From Vicugna vicugna (lineage: Eukaryota), in assembly GCA_013265495.1 (NCBI GenBank), contig MU058045.1, positions 443,241 through 507,240 of the forward strand: a stretch of 64,000 nt of DNA. Direction: 5' to 3'. Shown one piece after another: positions 63,101 to 64,000 of the stretch (within the stretch, counting starts at the first letter, position 1; each line of letters starts with the position of its first letter). The position numbers and the translations under genes are program-made. The notes below the pieces were generated by a model that ran no database searches, was not told the origin of the DNA, and was given only the letters and a program-made list of their open reading frames with translations.

Positions 63101-63958
63101 CCGGGAAGGAGAACACAGCAGGTAGGAATCAGGGGTCCAGCCTCCTGCCTTCCCTAGCCTCCTCTGCTCTTGGACCCAGCTGCCCTGCCTTCACCCTCTC
63201 CCTCCCTCTTCAGTTTTGGGGGCGGTGATACAGGAAAGAGGAGAAGAGAGGATGGGAGGGTGGGAGGGGAATAGAAGCCAAATGAGGAAAAGAATCAATT
63301 AGAACTAATTAGCCAAGTCAGTGCTTCAATCAGTGCTGTCAGAGAAGTGGGGAGGACTACTTGGCACAGAGCTGAAGGGATGGACACACCTGGATTCTGA
63401 GTGGGAATTGGGGGGAGGGGAAGTGGGTCCCCAAAGGCCTGGGCACTGTTGGTGAAGCCCATGGGGACCCCTAAGGCTGGGTGTCCAGATGCCAGGGTGG
63501 CTCCTTCAGCCCCTCCCCCTCTTTCCTCCTTCACCCCTTCCCTGCCAGGTGACCCCACCAGCAATGCAACCTCCCGGGGTGCTGAAGGCCCCCTGCCCCC
63601 TCCCAGCATGCCCGCAGTGGCCGGGGCAGCAGGGGGGCTGGCGCTGCTCTTGCTGGGCGTGGCAGGGGCTGGGGGTGCCATGTGTTGGCGGAGACGGCGG
63701 GCCAAGCCTTCGGAGAGTCGCCACCCTGGTCCTGGCTCCTTCGGGAGGGGCGGGTCTCTGGGCCTGGGGGGTGGAGGCGGGATGGGACCGAGGGAGGCTG
63801 AGCCTGGGGAACTAGGGATAGCTCTGCGGGGCGGTGGGGCTGCAGACCCCCCCTTCTGTCCCCACTATGAGAAGGTGAGTGGCGACTATGGGCATCCTGT
63901 GTACATCGTGCAGGATGGGCCCCCACAGAGCCCTCCAAACATCTACTACAAGGTATGA
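59997..63958 (+). CDS. EFNB3: Ephrin-B3, 340 aa, intact
   Basis: Exons 59997-60118, 62334-62626, 62814-62906, 63017-63121, 63549-63958 (1023 nt, all GT-AG). Signal peptide, [27 protein letters not shown], transmembrane segment and C-terminal PDZ-binding YYKV. Confidence 0.98.
62046..62059. promoter_or_regulatory. Perfect palindromic RFX X-box in EFNB3 intron 1
   Basis: GTTGCCATGGCAAC, within the 20-bp palindrome CCTGTTGCCATGGCAACAGG (62043-62062). Confidence 0.75.
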
Positions 63959-64000
63959 GGGCTCCTCCAACCTGGCTCTTCTGCATCCAGCCCTTTGGGA

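Overview
This is mammalian genomic DNA covering the conserved TP53 neighbourhood. Gene order is FXR2 (-, 5' part only), SAT2 (-), SHBG (+), ATP1B2 (+), TP53 (-), WRAP53 (+) and EFNB3 (+). I traced the exons by hand. SAT2 (170 aa), ATP1B2 (290 aa), TP53 (381 aa), WRAP53 (541 aa) and EFNB3 (340 aa) splice with GT-AG introns into intact ORFs. The tRNA-derived SINEs look like the camelid Vic-1 family and p53 is artiodactyl-like, so the source is probably a camelid (inference). The main finding is that SHBG, at its normal syntenic position, has four independent inactivating lesions and appears to be a unitary pseudogene: loss of the signal-peptide core with a stop at codon 12, an exon 4 frameshift, and two destroyed splice acceptors. 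Other findings are two frame-preserving microexon candidates in ATP1B2 intron 5, a 73-codon GUG-initiated N-terminal extension of FXR2, altered p53 isoform start sites with a p53beta exon remnant, RFX X-boxes around EFNB3, convergent CTCF motifs, and a triple-nested transposon with intact target-site duplications. Comparisons to human sequences are from memory and no searches were run.
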